Both the position numbers and the translations under genes were made by a program. A DNA stretch of 64,000 nucleotides from Gammaproteobacteria bacterium (GTDB taxonomy: Bacteria; Pseudomonadota; Gammaproteobacteria; Eutrophobiales; Eutrophobiaceae), in contig OZ250183.1 in the NCBI GenBank assembly GCA_965238225.1, forward strand, positions 96,001 to 160,000, given 5' to 3'. The notes beneath the pieces were generated by a model. It searched no databases and had not been told where the DNA came from. It was given only the letters and a program-made list of their open reading frames with translations. Of the stretch, positions 10,675-21,757 are shown one piece after another. How positions within the stretch are numbered: the first letter of the stretch is position 1; every line of letters begins with the position of its first letter.

Positions 10675-12186
10675 TTATGTCACCCCCACATCAATACCTA
10701 GACGCTGTATCCTGCTATGGAGTGTTGTGCGATTTATCCCAAGTAATCGCGCAGCCTTGCTCAAATTGCCACCGCTCAACCGCATCGCCCCTACAATATA
10801 TTTCTTCTCACGTTCACTCAATACAGTATCCAGCTGGAAAGAATTGTCTGATAATGCCTGTTTAATTCGCATGCGCTCATCATCTGCAGCATCACCAGAT
10901 GGAATCAAAATATTTGTTTCTAATTCGGCTTGTAACTCATCAACGCTGATTTTTTTACTAGGATATTTGGCTCCTAATCGAATAACAATATTACGCAGTT
11001 CTCTAACATTCCCCGGAAATGAATATTCCATAAGTAACTTCTCAGCATCTACAGTCAAGGAGAATAAAGCTGCGCCAACTGAATAGATATCACGAAAATG
11101 ATTGAATAATAGTAAACAATCATTTTCTCTTTCGCTTAAAGATGGCACGCGTATTGTCAGAATACTGATCCGATGATATAAATCCTTCCGAAATTCTCCA
11201 GCTACCATCGCCTGTTTTAGATCTTTATTGGTCGCAGCAATAATTCTTGCTTTGGAAACCCGTAGGCTGGTCTCTCCCAGTCGATAATATTCGCCATTCT
11301 CCAACACTCTTAAAAGTTTTGATTGAAGATTAAGCGGTAACTCACCAATCTCATCCAAAAATAAACTGCCTTCTTCAGCATCTTCAAAAAATCCTGCTCG
11401 GCTTGTAGTGGCACCTGTGAAAGCGCCTTTTGCATGACCAAACAACTGTGTTTCCAGTAATTCAGCAGTAAATGTCGCGCAATTAATAGTTAAAAAAGGC
11501 GCTTCAGATCGCGCACTTTTATAATGAGTATATTGTGCAACGAGTTCCTTGCCACTGCCTGACGCACCTTCTATAAGCACTGGGAAAGGCGTATCAGAAA
11601 ATTGATCGATCAACTGACGTAGCGTGGTTATCGCAGGGCTTTCACCAAGCAGACTACTGTCACTTTGACTCTGCTCATCTTCAGTTAATTCTGCTTCAAT
11701 CATCAGCATTTGATGATTCAGTCTTGTCCGTAATAATTTTACATCACAAGGCTTGGGCACAAAGTCAACCGCCCCAAGTGTCAGTGCATGCTGAATATTG
11801 GTCTTTTTATTTTGGCCGGAGAGTACAAGAATTTTTATGTTGTAATTAAAAGCCAATAATTCATCAATTAAAGCAAAGCCTTCGTCAGGCAAATGTTGCT
11901 GAGGAGATAATCCTAGATCGACCAAGGCCAGAGAAGGGACTTTATCCATTTTTTGCAAAAGTAATTTTGCTTGCGCACGACTTTTAGCAACAGTGACTTG
12001 AAAATCTTCCTCAAGCACAAGCGCCAAAGACTCAACAATCAGCGGATCATCATCAACAAGAAGTAAGGCGGGTCTATCCCTTTTAACCCGATCTAATTGA
12101 TCAATGTTTGTTTTCGCCAAAATATTTCCTTCCAAGATGTTTCCCTTTACAAAAATCAAAAAAATTTTAACATACAAGCCTGCCAC
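10675..12186 (-). CDS. Sigma-54-dependent response regulator (receiver-AAA+-Fis HTH); true start may be TTG near 12120
   Basis: LLVDDD...VDLGL...KP receiver, GASGSGKE, GAFTGA, FLDEIGE, GNVREL, AARLLGINRTTL. Confidence 0.9.
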   Translation of the reverse strand: MAGLYVKIFLIFVKGNILEGNILAKTNIDQLDRVKRDRPALLLVDDDPLIVESLALVLEEDFQVTVAKSRAQAKLLLQKMDKVPSLALVDLGLSPQQHLPDEGFALIDELLAFNYNIKILVLSGQNKKTNIQHALTLGAVDFVPKPCDVKLLRTRLNHQMLMIEAELTEDEQSQSDSSLLGESPAITTLRQLIDQFSDTPFPVLIEGASGSGKELVAQYTHYKSARSEAPFLTINCATFTAELLETQLFGHAKGAFTGATTSRAGFFEDAEEGSLFLDEIGELPLNLQSKLLRVLENGEYYRLGETSLRVSKARIIAATNKDLKQAMVAGEFRKDLYHRISILTIRVPSLSERENDCLLLFNHFRDIYSVGAALFSLTVDAEKLLMEYSFPGNVRELRNIVIRLGAKYPSKKISVDELQAELETNILIPSGDAADDERMRIKQALSDNSFQLDTVLSEREKKYIVGAMRLSGGNLSKAARLLGINRTTLHSRIQRLGIDVGVT

Positions 12187-12224
12187 CTTTTAGGTAGGCC
12201 AATGTCCAACACTATTAATGACTA

Positions 12225-13091
12225 TTAACGATCTATATCGCTAATATTCAGATTGTTCCAAATAGCTTCTGATGCAGCAAAATGATTCATAGTATAAAAA
12301 TGAAGACCAGGTGCACCGCCTGCCAACAGATTTCCACAAAGTTCTGTCGTTACATCTATACCAAACTCACGTATGGCAGGCCTATCATCACCAAATGCCT
12401 GAAGACGCTTCAATATCCAGCGCGGTATCTCAGCACCACAGTTTTCTGAGAAACGTGCGAGCTGGAAGCAATTAATGATCGGCATGACCCCGGCCACAAT
12501 AGGAATATCGATGCCTAATTTTTCACAGCTATCAACAAAGCGGAAATAAGCATCTGGATTATAAAAATACTGTGTCACTGCGCTATTTGCACCAGCATCA
12601 ATCTTACGCTTAAAATTATCTAGATCAGCATTAGCTGTTGGTGCCTGTGGATGAAATTCTGGATAGGCCGCTACTTCTATATGAAAATAATCTCCAGTTT
12701 CCTTGCGAATAAATTCGACCAGTTCATTGGCATAACGCAGCTGGCCAGAACTTCCGGCAGAACCTGACGGCATATCCCCTCTAAGGGTTATAAGCTTATT
12801 AATACCGGCCAAACGATAAGATTTCAGTACTTCAAGAATCTTATCCGTGTTTACCCCTATACAAGATATATGTGGCACTGCCTCGATGTTTGTTTTTTCG
12901 ATAATGTTTTTAATCGTTTTAAATGTTGAATCACGCGTACTACCGCCTGCACCAAATGTCACTGAGAAATAATCAGGATTTAATTTAGCCAAGCGCTCAA
13001 AGGTTGTTTCTAGTTTAACAACGGCCTCAGGTATCCTCGCAGGAAAAAATTCAAAACTAAAGTTTTTTGTAAATTTTTTCTGTGATTCCAT
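12225..13091 (-). CDS. metF: 5,10-methylenetetrahydrofolate reductase
   Basis: FSFEFFP, SVTFGAGGS, LRGD, AAYPE, TQYFY, GLHFYTMN; directly follows ahcY. Confidence 0.95.
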   Translation of the reverse strand: MESQKKFTKNFSFEFFPARIPEAVVKLETTFERLAKLNPDYFSVTFGAGGSTRDSTFKTIKNIIEKTNIEAVPHISCIGVNTDKILEVLKSYRLAGINKLITLRGDMPSGSAGSSGQLRYANELVEFIRKETGDYFHIEVAAYPEFHPQAPTANADLDNFKRKIDAGANSAVTQYFYNPDAYFRFVDSCEKLGIDIPIVAGVMPIINCFQLARFSENCGAEIPRWILKRLQAFGDDRPAIREFGIDVTTELCGNLLAGGAPGLHFYTMNHFAASEAIWNNLNISDIDR

Positions 13092-13093
13092 AA

Positions 13094-14509
13094 TTAATAA
13101 CGGTAATACTCTGGTTTATAAGGGCCTACTACTGGTACATTAATATAATCAGCTTGTTTTTGCGTTAACTGAGTTAGTTTCGCGCCAACACGATCAAGAT
13201 GTAAATTGGCAACTTTCTCATCAAGATGTTTTGGTAGCACATAAACCTCTTTTCTATATTCATCGTTCTTGGCAAACAATTCTATCTGCGCCAGTACCTG
13301 ATTGGTAAAAGAATTAGACATCACAAAACTTGGATGACCTGTTGCACATCCTAAGTTTACCAAGCGACCTTTGGCCAATAAAATAATACGTTTGCCATCA
13401 GGGAAAATGACATGATCAACCTGTGGCTTAATTTCTACCCATTCATAATTTTCAAGACTGGCCACTTCAATCTCATTATCAAAATGACCAATATTACAAA
13501 CGATGGCTTCATTCTTCATCTTAACCATATGAGCATGTTGAATCACGCCAAAATTGCCTGTTGCAGTAACAAAAATATCAACCTCATTGCATACCTCATC
13601 CATACGCACCACACGATAACCTTCCATAGATGCCTGCAATGCGCATATCGGGTCGACTTCTGTAACCCATACAGTCGCACCCAAACCACGAAGCGACTGT
13701 GCACAACCTTTACCAACATCACCATAACCTAACACCAGTGCAACCTTCCCAGCAATCATGACATCGGTTGCGCGCTTGATGCCGTCAACCAAAGATTCAC
13801 GACAACCATATAAATTATCAAACTTGGATTTAGTCACAGAATCATTGACGTTGATGGCAGGAAAAGGCAGCTCGCCTTCTTTAAGCATCTGATATAAACG
13901 CTGAACGCCCGTAGTAGTTTCTTCTGTCACTCCTTGAATGTTTGCCAGAGTACGTGAATAAAATTCACTGTCCTCATCGAGCTTCTTCTTGATAGCCGCA
14001 AACATCACTGTTTCTTCTTCGGAGCTAGGATTATCCAATACGCTAAGGTCGCTTTGCGCCTTGGCACCTAGGATCAATAACATAGTCGCATCACCACCAT
14101 CATCCAAAATCATGTTTGGTGTTCCACCATCACCCCATAGCATCATACGATGTGTGTAATCCCAATACTCTTCTAGGGTTTCACCTTTAACTGCAAAGAC
14201 TGGAATTTTTTGGGAAGCAATGGCTGCTGCTGCGTGATCTTGTGTTGAGAAGATATTACATGAAACCCAGCGCACCTGTGCGCCCAGCGCGACAAGTGTT
14301 TCGATCAGCACAGCGGTTTGAATAGTCATATGCAAAGACCCGGCAATACGCGCACCTTTTAAAGGTTGCGTGCTGGCAAATTCTTTACGAATCAAGACCA
14401 AACCCGGCATCTCGGTTTCAGCAATACGAATTTCTTTATGGCCCCAGTCGGCTAAAGATAGATCAGCAACAAAATAATCAGAAAATACGTCGGAAGTAGT
14501 CGCGCTCAT
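13094..14509 (-). CDS. ahcY: Adenosylhomocysteinase (start corrected to ATG 14509)
   Basis: [41 protein letters not shown]; GGAGG RBS at 14518-14522. Confidence 0.97.
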   Translation of the reverse strand: MSATTSDVFSDYFVADLSLADWGHKEIRIAETEMPGLVLIRKEFASTQPLKGARIAGSLHMTIQTAVLIETLVALGAQVRWVSCNIFSTQDHAAAAIASQKIPVFAVKGETLEEYWDYTHRMMLWGDGGTPNMILDDGGDATMLLILGAKAQSDLSVLDNPSSEEETVMFAAIKKKLDEDSEFYSRTLANIQGVTEETTTGVQRLYQMLKEGELPFPAINVNDSVTKSKFDNLYGCRESLVDGIKRATDVMIAGKVALVLGYGDVGKGCAQSLRGLGATVWVTEVDPICALQASMEGYRVVRMDEVCNEVDIFVTATGNFGVIQHAHMVKMKNEAIVCNIGHFDNEIEVASLENYEWVEIKPQVDHVIFPDGKRIILLAKGRLVNLGCATGHPSFVMSNSFTNQVLAQIELFAKNDEYRKEVYVLPKHLDEKVANLHLDRVGAKLTQLTQKQADYINVPVVGPYKPEYYRY

Positions 14510-14530
14510 CTGGTTTTCCTCCAAATTAAG

Positions 14531-14603
14531 CGAGCACCGTTTGGAAATGCTATCTCCCAAGCCTAGCGAATCAGTATTCGTCGCAGTGCTCCTTAGAAGA
14601 TAG
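14531..14603 (-). ncRNA. SAH riboswitch
   Basis: Minus strand TATCTTCTAAGGAGCACTGCGAC...GCTAGGCTTGGGAGATA...AACGGTGCTC matches the SAH consensus (AGGAGCGCUGCRAC...CCAGGCU...AACGGCGCUC). P1 TATCTTCTAAG/CTTGGGAGATA; sits directly upstream of ahcY-metF. Confidence 0.9.
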
Positions 14604-15168
14604 TTCTTATATTAATCCTTAAAGAATTTAGGAATTCTTAAGGAAAGCGGCAAGATTGTAGCGCTATAGACTGAGGAATCAAGTTGTTTGATGGTCTTAG
14701 CTGTCAAAAAACTAGCTTAATCAGCATTAAATGCCAATTACCAACATTATAGAGTAGTAAATTAGATATTTACCTACTACTACTTCTGCTAAATTTATAT
14801 GTATTGGTATTTATAGATGAAAATTCTAAATAAACTCCCTAGCCTTGACAGCCTTTTCAAAGAAATAACCAACAAGTCTCCAGATGGCGTGATGGCGGTA
14901 CTTTCATCTGGTGTACGATTCTGATGATGATAAAGGAAAATACTACCCAATATACTTTTAAATGCATATGGATCGCACTAAAGAACATCGCTCATTAGAA
15001 ATCACACATCTGTAAGGGTATGCTGAGAGGCACACGATTTCAAGGGCGACCACTCTTCGCACCTTTTCGTTCGTTCGTGTAAATAAGGTACGCGCCGCTA
15101 AAAGGCGGAATCAAAACTTAAATAAAGAATATTAGCGCCTCAGTTTGGCGAACAAATAAATAGAACGA

Positions 15169-16326
15169 TTAGCCTAGATCTACCTTCAAAACCTCAGCTT
15201 TATCCACCTGCTCCCAAGGTAATTCCACATCCGTACGCCCAAAATGCCCATAGGCTGCCGTTGGCCTGTAAATTGGTCGCAATAGATCTAACATGCTGAT
15301 AATGCCCTTAGGTCTTAGATCAAAATGTTCTCTAACAGCAGCAACTAATTTAGATTCGACAACAACCCCCGTTCCAAAAGTCTCAACACTGATTGAAGTC
15401 GGCCAAGCCACGCCGATTGCATAAGATATCTGCACTTCACATTTCGAAGCCAGACCCGCAGCAACAATATTCTTGGCCACATAACGTGCAGCATAGGCTG
15501 CTGAACGATCTACCTTGGAAGGGTCTTTGCCAGAGAAAGCACCACCACCATGGCGTGCCATGCCCCCATAGGTATCGACGATAATCTTACGTCCAGTTAA
15601 GCCACAGTCCCCAACAGGGCCGCCAACAACAAAACGCCCGGTAGGATTAATATGGTACAAAGTTTTCTCGTGCAACCATTCTTCAGGCAGCACAGGCTTA
15701 ATGATTTCTTCCATTACAGCTTCGCGCAAAGCTTCTATGCTAATGTCATCAGTATGCTGCGTGGATAACACCACAGCATCAATTGCAATGGGCTGGCTAT
15801 CTTCGTAACGGAATGTTATTTGACTCTTGGCATCAGGTCGTAACCAGCTTAATTTGCTATTTTTCCTGACCTCAGCCTGCTTACGCACTAGGCGGTGAGC
15901 ATAATCAATCGGAGCAGGCATCAACGTATCAGTTTCATTACAGGCAAACCCAAACATCAAACCTTGATCGCCTGCACCTTGTTCTTTTCCATCACTTTCA
16001 TCAACACCCATGGCGATATCATAAGACTGCTCATCTAGCACAACACTGACATCACAACTGTTGGCATCAAACCCGATATCCACACCAACATAACCAATCT
16101 CACTGATGGTTTGTCGAACGATTGATTCAATATCGATATCTGCCGCAGTCGTCACTTCACCGGCGATCACTACCAAACCTGTGGTTACAAGAGTTTCACA
16201 GGCAATCCTTGACTTGGGATCTTGTGCAATCATTGCATCAACAATTGCATCTGAAATCTGATCAGAAATTTTGTCTGGATGACCTTCTGAGACAGATTCT
16301 GAGGTAAATAAATAATCTTTTGCCAT
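15169..16326 (-). CDS. metK: S-adenosylmethionine synthetase
   Basis: [28 protein letters not shown]. Confidence 0.98.
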   Translation of the reverse strand: MAKDYLFTSESVSEGHPDKISDQISDAIVDAMIAQDPKSRIACETLVTTGLVVIAGEVTTAADIDIESIVRQTISEIGYVGVDIGFDANSCDVSVVLDEQSYDIAMGVDESDGKEQGAGDQGLMFGFACNETDTLMPAPIDYAHRLVRKQAEVRKNSKLSWLRPDAKSQITFRYEDSQPIAIDAVVLSTQHTDDISIEALREAVMEEIIKPVLPEEWLHEKTLYHINPTGRFVVGGPVGDCGLTGRKIIVDTYGGMARHGGGAFSGKDPSKVDRSAAYAARYVAKNIVAAGLASKCEVQISYAIGVAWPTSISVETFGTGVVVESKLVAAVREHFDLRPKGIISMLDLLRPIYRPTAAYGHFGRTDVELPWEQVDKAEVLKVDLG

Positions 16327-16510
16327 GTAACTTATGTGCTTAAAAAAATTAATTGTTTATTTTTAGATTTAACGCTGTGAAATTAAAAGTAGCGAATTAA
16401 GTTTACCTCATACCAATCCACTTGACGATGTTGCCTGCTTTAGGATGTTATACTAAGCATATAAATAGTAATACCCAAAGATACAATTACAATGAGAGGT
16501 GCTAATTGAC

Positions 16511-17068
16511 ATGGTACTAACAAAAACATCCGTATGTGACTTCGGCAAAGCTGCGATTGATTTTAGTCTAACAGGTACTGATAACAAACTCTGGGCACTT
16601 GCAAACTGTCGTGGTGAAAATGGTACCTTGGTGATGTTCATCTGCAATCATTGTCCCTATGTCAAAGCCATTCAGGAGCGCTTGATACGTGATACAAAAG
16701 AACTTATGAATTTCGGCATCTCGAGCGTTGCTATCATGTCTAACGATACTGATGACTACCCTGAGGATTCTTTTGAAAACATGCAGAAAATAGCTGCACA
16801 CTTCGGCTATCCGTTTCCATACCTGCTGGATAACGACCAAGACGTTGCCAAAGCCTACGGTGCCGTCTGTACCCCGGATTTTTTTGGTTATAACTCAGAC
16901 TTAAAACTACAATATCGCGGTCGTTTGGATACCAGCCGAACTGAAGCTGCCGCAGCTGACGCACCTCGTGAATTATTTGAAGCCATGAAACTAATTTCTG
17001 CCACAGGCAAAGGACCGAAGGATCAGAACACAGGACTGGGTTGTTCTATTAAATGGAAGACCCAATAA
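16511..17068 (+). CDS. Thioredoxin-fold (AhpC/TSA-like) protein
   Basis: FICNHCPYV, AVCTPDFF, YRGRLD, GCSIKWK; ATG at 16511 follows GAGAGG. Confidence 0.85.
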   Translation: MVLTKTSVCDFGKAAIDFSLTGTDNKLWALANCRGENGTLVMFICNHCPYVKAIQERLIRDTKELMNFGISSVAIMSNDTDDYPEDSFENMQKIAAHFGYPFPYLLDNDQDVAKAYGAVCTPDFFGYNSDLKLQYRGRLDTSRTEAAAADAPRELFEAMKLISATGKGPKDQNTGLGCSIKWKTQ

Positions 17069-17362
17069 ATGGAATACTTGGGAAAAATAAACTTAAGGGA
17101 ATGAGCATCTTGGCAAATGATCTATATCTCACTACACTGAAATTCAGGATAAACCCTCTGAAAAGCACCAAACTTACCCCATTCTCTTGCCCGAAAACCA
17201 TACCTGAGAGATAATATGCGGCTTGAGAAAACTTCTTCCAAGTATGTGCAGTTGCAATTAGAAAAAATAATCAGGCATGATTCATCTTGGAAAAGCCTCA
17301 CAAAATAACCGTAGCAGCGAAAAATAACACTCTAAAATCAGTCACAACTCTCAGGAGATTTT

Positions 17363-19363
17363 ATGCCTTCAAGGCGTGAACTTGCCAACGCTATCCGTGC
17401 ATTGAGTATGGACGCGGTACAAAAAGCGAATTCCGGTCATCCGGGCGCGCCTATGGGTATGGCAGATATGGCTGAAGTGTTATGGAATGATTTTATTCAA
17501 CATAACCCAACGAACCCATACTGGCTCAACCGAGATCGGTTTGTCATGTCTAATGGTCACGGCTCAATGCTTTTGTATTCCCTGCTGCACCTAAGCGGCT
17601 ACGATCTCTCGATCGAGGATCTCAAACAATTTCGTCAACTACATTCAAAGACACCAGGGCATCCAGAATATGGCTGCACCCCAGGAATCGAAACAACCAC
17701 CGGCCCGCTAGGTCAGGGCGTTGCCAATGCTGTTGGCATGGCCATTGCAGAACGTGCACTGGCAGCCGAATTTAATCATGATGAACTGGATATCGTTAAT
17801 CACTATACCTATTTCAGTGTTGGGGACGGTTGCTTAATGGAGGGTATCTCGCACGAAGCCTGTTCATTAGCCGGCACTTTACAGCTCGGTAAGCTCATCG
17901 GCTTTTATGATAGTAATGGCATTTCCATTGATGGGGATATTAAAGGCTGGTTCACAGACGACACAGCAACACGCTTTGAGGCTTATGGCTGGCATGTGAT
18001 TCATGATGTCGATGGTCATGATGCGGATCAAATCACTGCCGCACTAAACGAAGCCCAAAAAGAAACTAACAAGCCGACACTAATTGGCTGTAACACAATA
18101 ATTGGCTGGGGCGCACCAAATAAGCAAGGCAAAGAAGTAAGCCATGGTGCGCCATTAGGTGATGATGAAATAGCTTTAACAAAAACAGCTCTAGATTGGA
18201 AGCATAATGCCTTTGTTATTCCAGATGAATATTACAAAGCATGGGATGCCAAAAAGCGTGGTGCACAACTAGAGGCGCGGTGGAATAAAAAATTCAGCCG
18301 TTATCAGGAAAAATATCCAAGCCAAGCGGCAGAGTTTAAACGCCGCAACGAAGGCAGGCTCCCTGATAACTGGGCAAAGGCTTGTGCTGCTTATATCAAG
18401 GATATTGATAGCGCCGGAGAAGCCATGGCTTCTCGACAGGCCTCGCAAAAGGCACTCAATACTTACGCTGCCCTATTGCCTGAATTGATTGGTGGCTCTG
18501 CAGATCTGGCGGGTTCTAATTTGACGCTATGGTCAGGCTCCAAAGAAATCAACGGAAAATCAGGGGCAGGAAATTATATTTATTACGGCGTACGTGAATT
18601 TGCTATGTGCGCAATTAATAGTGGCCTCGCACTGCATGGCGGCTTCATCCCTTATGGCGCAACCTTTTTGGTCTTCTCAGATTATGCACGTAATGCATTG
18701 CGCATGGCCGCGCTTATGCAACAACGATCTATTTTTATCTTCACCCATGACTCCATTGGCTTAGGTGAAGATGGCCCAACACACCAAGCTGTTGAACAGG
18801 CAGCAACCCTGCGTTTAATACCGAATATGACCGTATGGCGTCCTTGTGATGCTGTTGAATCGGCAGTGGCTTGGCAAATGGCGATCGAGAAAACCACTGG
18901 CCCATCTGCATTACTTTTTTCTCGCCAGAAGCTCGCGCATATGTCTCGTTCATCTAAACAAATTGAAAATATCAAAAGAGGAGCTTATGTATTATTGGAT
19001 TGCCAAGGCGAGCCTGAGGTCATCATCATAGCGACAGGCTCTGAGGTTGAGCTGGCTATCAATACTGCAAACAAACTCAATGCGAATGGGCAAAAGATTC
19101 GAGTTGTTTCTATGCCAGCCACAGACCTATTTGATGCTCAGGAGCAATCTTATCGTGACTCAGTTTTACCCCCTTTTTGCCGTAAACGTATTGCAGTGGA
19201 AGCGGGTGTTACAGATTACTGGCGTAAATATGTGGGTTTGGATGGCGCGGTATCAGGCATTGATAGTTTCGGTGAGTCTGCGCCAGCAAATGATGTTTTT
19301 GAATACTTTAACTTTAACACAAAGCAATTAGAAACAATGGTCAAAGACCTCACTGGCAAGTAA
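17363..19363 (+). CDS. tkt: Transketolase
   Basis: [32 protein letters not shown]. Confidence 0.98.
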   Translation: MPSRRELANAIRALSMDAVQKANSGHPGAPMGMADMAEVLWNDFIQHNPTNPYWLNRDRFVMSNGHGSMLLYSLLHLSGYDLSIEDLKQFRQLHSKTPGHPEYGCTPGIETTTGPLGQGVANAVGMAIAERALAAEFNHDELDIVNHYTYFSVGDGCLMEGISHEACSLAGTLQLGKLIGFYDSNGISIDGDIKGWFTDDTATRFEAYGWHVIHDVDGHDADQITAALNEAQKETNKPTLIGCNTIIGWGAPNKQGKEVSHGAPLGDDEIALTKTALDWKHNAFVIPDEYYKAWDAKKRGAQLEARWNKKFSRYQEKYPSQAAEFKRRNEGRLPDNWAKACAAYIKDIDSAGEAMASRQASQKALNTYAALLPELIGGSADLAGSNLTLWSGSKEINGKSGAGNYIYYGVREFAMCAINSGLALHGGFIPYGATFLVFSDYARNALRMAALMQQRSIFIFTHDSIGLGEDGPTHQAVEQAATLRLIPNMTVWRPCDAVESAVAWQMAIEKTTGPSALLFSRQKLAHMSRSSKQIENIKRGAYVLLDCQGEPEVIIIATGSEVELAINTANKLNANGQKIRVVSMPATDLFDAQEQSYRDSVLPPFCRKRIAVEAGVTDYWRKYVGLDGAVSGIDSFGESAPANDVFEYFNFNTKQLETMVKDLTGK

Positions 19364-19437
19364 CGGCTGCCGCTGACGTATGTAATTATTATTCAAGCAA
19401 TTAACAAAAACCAATTAACAGAAACGGAGAATGAAAA

Positions 19438-20451
19438 ATGGCAATTAAAGTTGGTATCAACGGTTATGGGCGTATTGGGCGAAATATCCTGCGTGCCGTG
19501 TATGAATCCGGGCGTACAGATGAAATCCAGATCGTAGCGATTAATGATCTTGGCGATACCAACACCAACGCGCATTTGACCCAATATGATACGGCTCATG
19601 GAAAATTCCCAGGTGAAATCTCTATTGATGGTGACCACATGATAGTTAACGGCGATAAAATCAGAGTGTTATCAGAACGCGATCCAGCCAAACTATCATG
19701 GACTGAACTCGACGTTGATGTGGTATATGAATCAACAGGATTCTTTGCAAATAAGGAAAAGGCCAGTGCTCACCTCACTTCTGGCGCAAAAAAAGTCATT
19801 ATCTCGGCACCTGGCGGCAATGATGTCGATGCAACAATTGTTTATGGCGTGAACCACGGCACTTTAAAGGCATCAGATACCGTTATTTCCAATGCCTCTT
19901 GCACAACTAACTGTCTCGCACCGGTGGCTAAAGTATTACATGAAAATATTGGTATTGAACAAGGCATCATGACAACCATTCATGCCTACACTAATGATCA
20001 AGTGCTAACCGATGTCTATCACAAGGATCTACGTCGGGCACGTTCGGCCACCATGTCCATGATCCCGACAACCACGGGGGCTGCCGCAGCTGTTGGTCTG
20101 GTGTTACCTGAGCTCAATGGTAAGCTGGACGGCTACTCCATGCGCATACCAGTCATCAATGTTTCAGTGGTTGACCTGTCTTTCTCTGCAACAAGGCAAA
20201 CCACGGTTGAAGAAATTAATTCCTTAATGAAAACGGCAGCTTGCGGCGAGATGAAAGGAGTGTTGGCTTATAATGATAAGCCTCTGGTATCCATTGATTT
20301 CAATCATAACCCAGCGTCATCTATCTATGATGCAACACAGACCAGAATCATGGAGGGTAAGCTGGTAAAAATCATTGCTTGGTATGATAACGAGTGGGGG
20401 TTTTCAAACCGCATGCTGGATACCACTATTGCATTAATGAACGCCAACTAA
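19438..20451 (+). CDS. gap: Glyceraldehyde-3-phosphate dehydrogenase, type I
   Basis: [24 protein letters not shown]. Confidence 0.97.
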   Translation: MAIKVGINGYGRIGRNILRAVYESGRTDEIQIVAINDLGDTNTNAHLTQYDTAHGKFPGEISIDGDHMIVNGDKIRVLSERDPAKLSWTELDVDVVYESTGFFANKEKASAHLTSGAKKVIISAPGGNDVDATIVYGVNHGTLKASDTVISNASCTTNCLAPVAKVLHENIGIEQGIMTTIHAYTNDQVLTDVYHKDLRRARSATMSMIPTTTGAAAAVGLVLPELNGKLDGYSMRIPVINVSVVDLSFSATRQTTVEEINSLMKTAACGEMKGVLAYNDKPLVSIDFNHNPASSIYDATQTRIMEGKLVKIIAWYDNEWGFSNRMLDTTIALMNAN

Positions 20452-20481
20452 ATGATAATAAATATTGTAAGCGCCTAAGTT

Positions 20482-21693
20482 ATGACTGTTTTGGTAAAAA
20501 TTGCAGATCTGAACCTCCACGGAAAGCGAGTACTGGTACGTGAGGACTATAACGTCCCGCTCAAGGATGGAGAAGTTGAGGACGATACACGTATCTACGC
20601 CAGCCTGCTAACTATCAATAAACTGCTTGATGCCGGGGCTAAAATTATGATCATGTCTCACTTAGGTCGCCCAAAGGAGGGTGAGTTTGACGAAGCATTC
20701 AGTTTGGCGCCTGTAGCAAAATGTTTATCTTCGTTGCTTGATAGGGATGTCCCGCTGCTTAGAGACTGGCTGGACGGTATTGACATGGAAAATAGAGACA
20801 TAGTGTTATGTGAGAATGTGCGCTTTGAAGTCGGAGAAAAAGCGAATAAGGAAAACATTGCCAGAAAGATGGCAAGTTTGTGTAATGTCTACGTCAATGA
20901 CGCTTTTGCCACTGCACATAGGAAACAGGCATCAACCTATGGTGTCGCTAAATACGCGCCTTGCTCTGCCGCTGGGCCACTTCTGATCGTGGAATTAAAA
21001 ACCTTATCCAAAACACTTAAAAACCCAGCCAAACCCGTGGTTGCCATTGTTGGAGGCTCCAAGGTTTCTTCCAAACTAGACGTCCTTAATTCTCTTTCAG
21101 AAAAAGTAGATCAACTGATTCTTGGTGGAGCCATAGCCACCACCTTTCTTAAAGCAACAGGATTTAATATCGGCAAATCACTTCACTCAGAAGATTTGCT
21201 TGAAGAAGCAAAAAAAATAATGGTTGCGGCAAAAGCAAATGATGTAGAGATTCCCTTGCCTGTTGATGTGGTTTGTGCAAAAGAATTCAATGGGCATGCT
21301 GATGTAAGTATCAAACGTATCGACTATATTGAAGATGACGATATGATTTTTGATGTTGGTCCAGAAACCGTTGCGAGATTCACAGACATACTAGAACAAG
21401 CTGAAACTATTATCTGGAATGGTCCGCTGGGTGTCTTTGAATTTGATCGTTTTAGTGCTGGAACACGAGCACTGGCAAAAAGTATTGCTATAAGTAATGC
21501 TTTTTCTGTTGCTGGAGGTGGAAACACTTTATCAGCCATTTCAAAATTCGGTGTATCAAATAAGATTTCTTATATCTCCACAGGGGGAGGTTCTTTTCTG
21601 AAGTTTCTTGAAGGAAAGAAATTACCTGCTGTTGCCATACTGGAAGAAGCAGCGCGGGCGTGGACAGCAATGGAAAGGGCACGCGAATATTAA
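20482..21693 (+). CDS. pgk: Phosphoglycerate kinase (several conserved residues diverged)
   Basis: [43 protein letters not shown]. Confidence 0.95.
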   Translation: MTVLVKIADLNLHGKRVLVREDYNVPLKDGEVEDDTRIYASLLTINKLLDAGAKIMIMSHLGRPKEGEFDEAFSLAPVAKCLSSLLDRDVPLLRDWLDGIDMENRDIVLCENVRFEVGEKANKENIARKMASLCNVYVNDAFATAHRKQASTYGVAKYAPCSAAGPLLIVELKTLSKTLKNPAKPVVAIVGGSKVSSKLDVLNSLSEKVDQLILGGAIATTFLKATGFNIGKSLHSEDLLEEAKKIMVAAKANDVEIPLPVDVVCAKEFNGHADVSIKRIDYIEDDDMIFDVGPETVARFTDILEQAETIIWNGPLGVFEFDRFSAGTRALAKSIAISNAFSVAGGGNTLSAISKFGVSNKISYISTGGGSFLKFLEGKKLPAVAILEEAARAWTAMERAREY

Positions 21694-21757
21694 ACAGCTT
21701 TTTAGATTCACTTAAAGTCATGAATACATAAATCAGGAGGTTAAATCATAGTTCATA

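Noticed and set aside
14510-14560. 17-aa N-terminal extension of AhcY in the ORF track
   Set aside because: It overlaps the riboswitch, and the RBS supports ATG 14509.
9580-16326. Functional coupling of SAM-cycle genes to pilin methylation
   Set aside because: Only adjacency supports it; metK-ahcY-metF clustering next to tkt is common.
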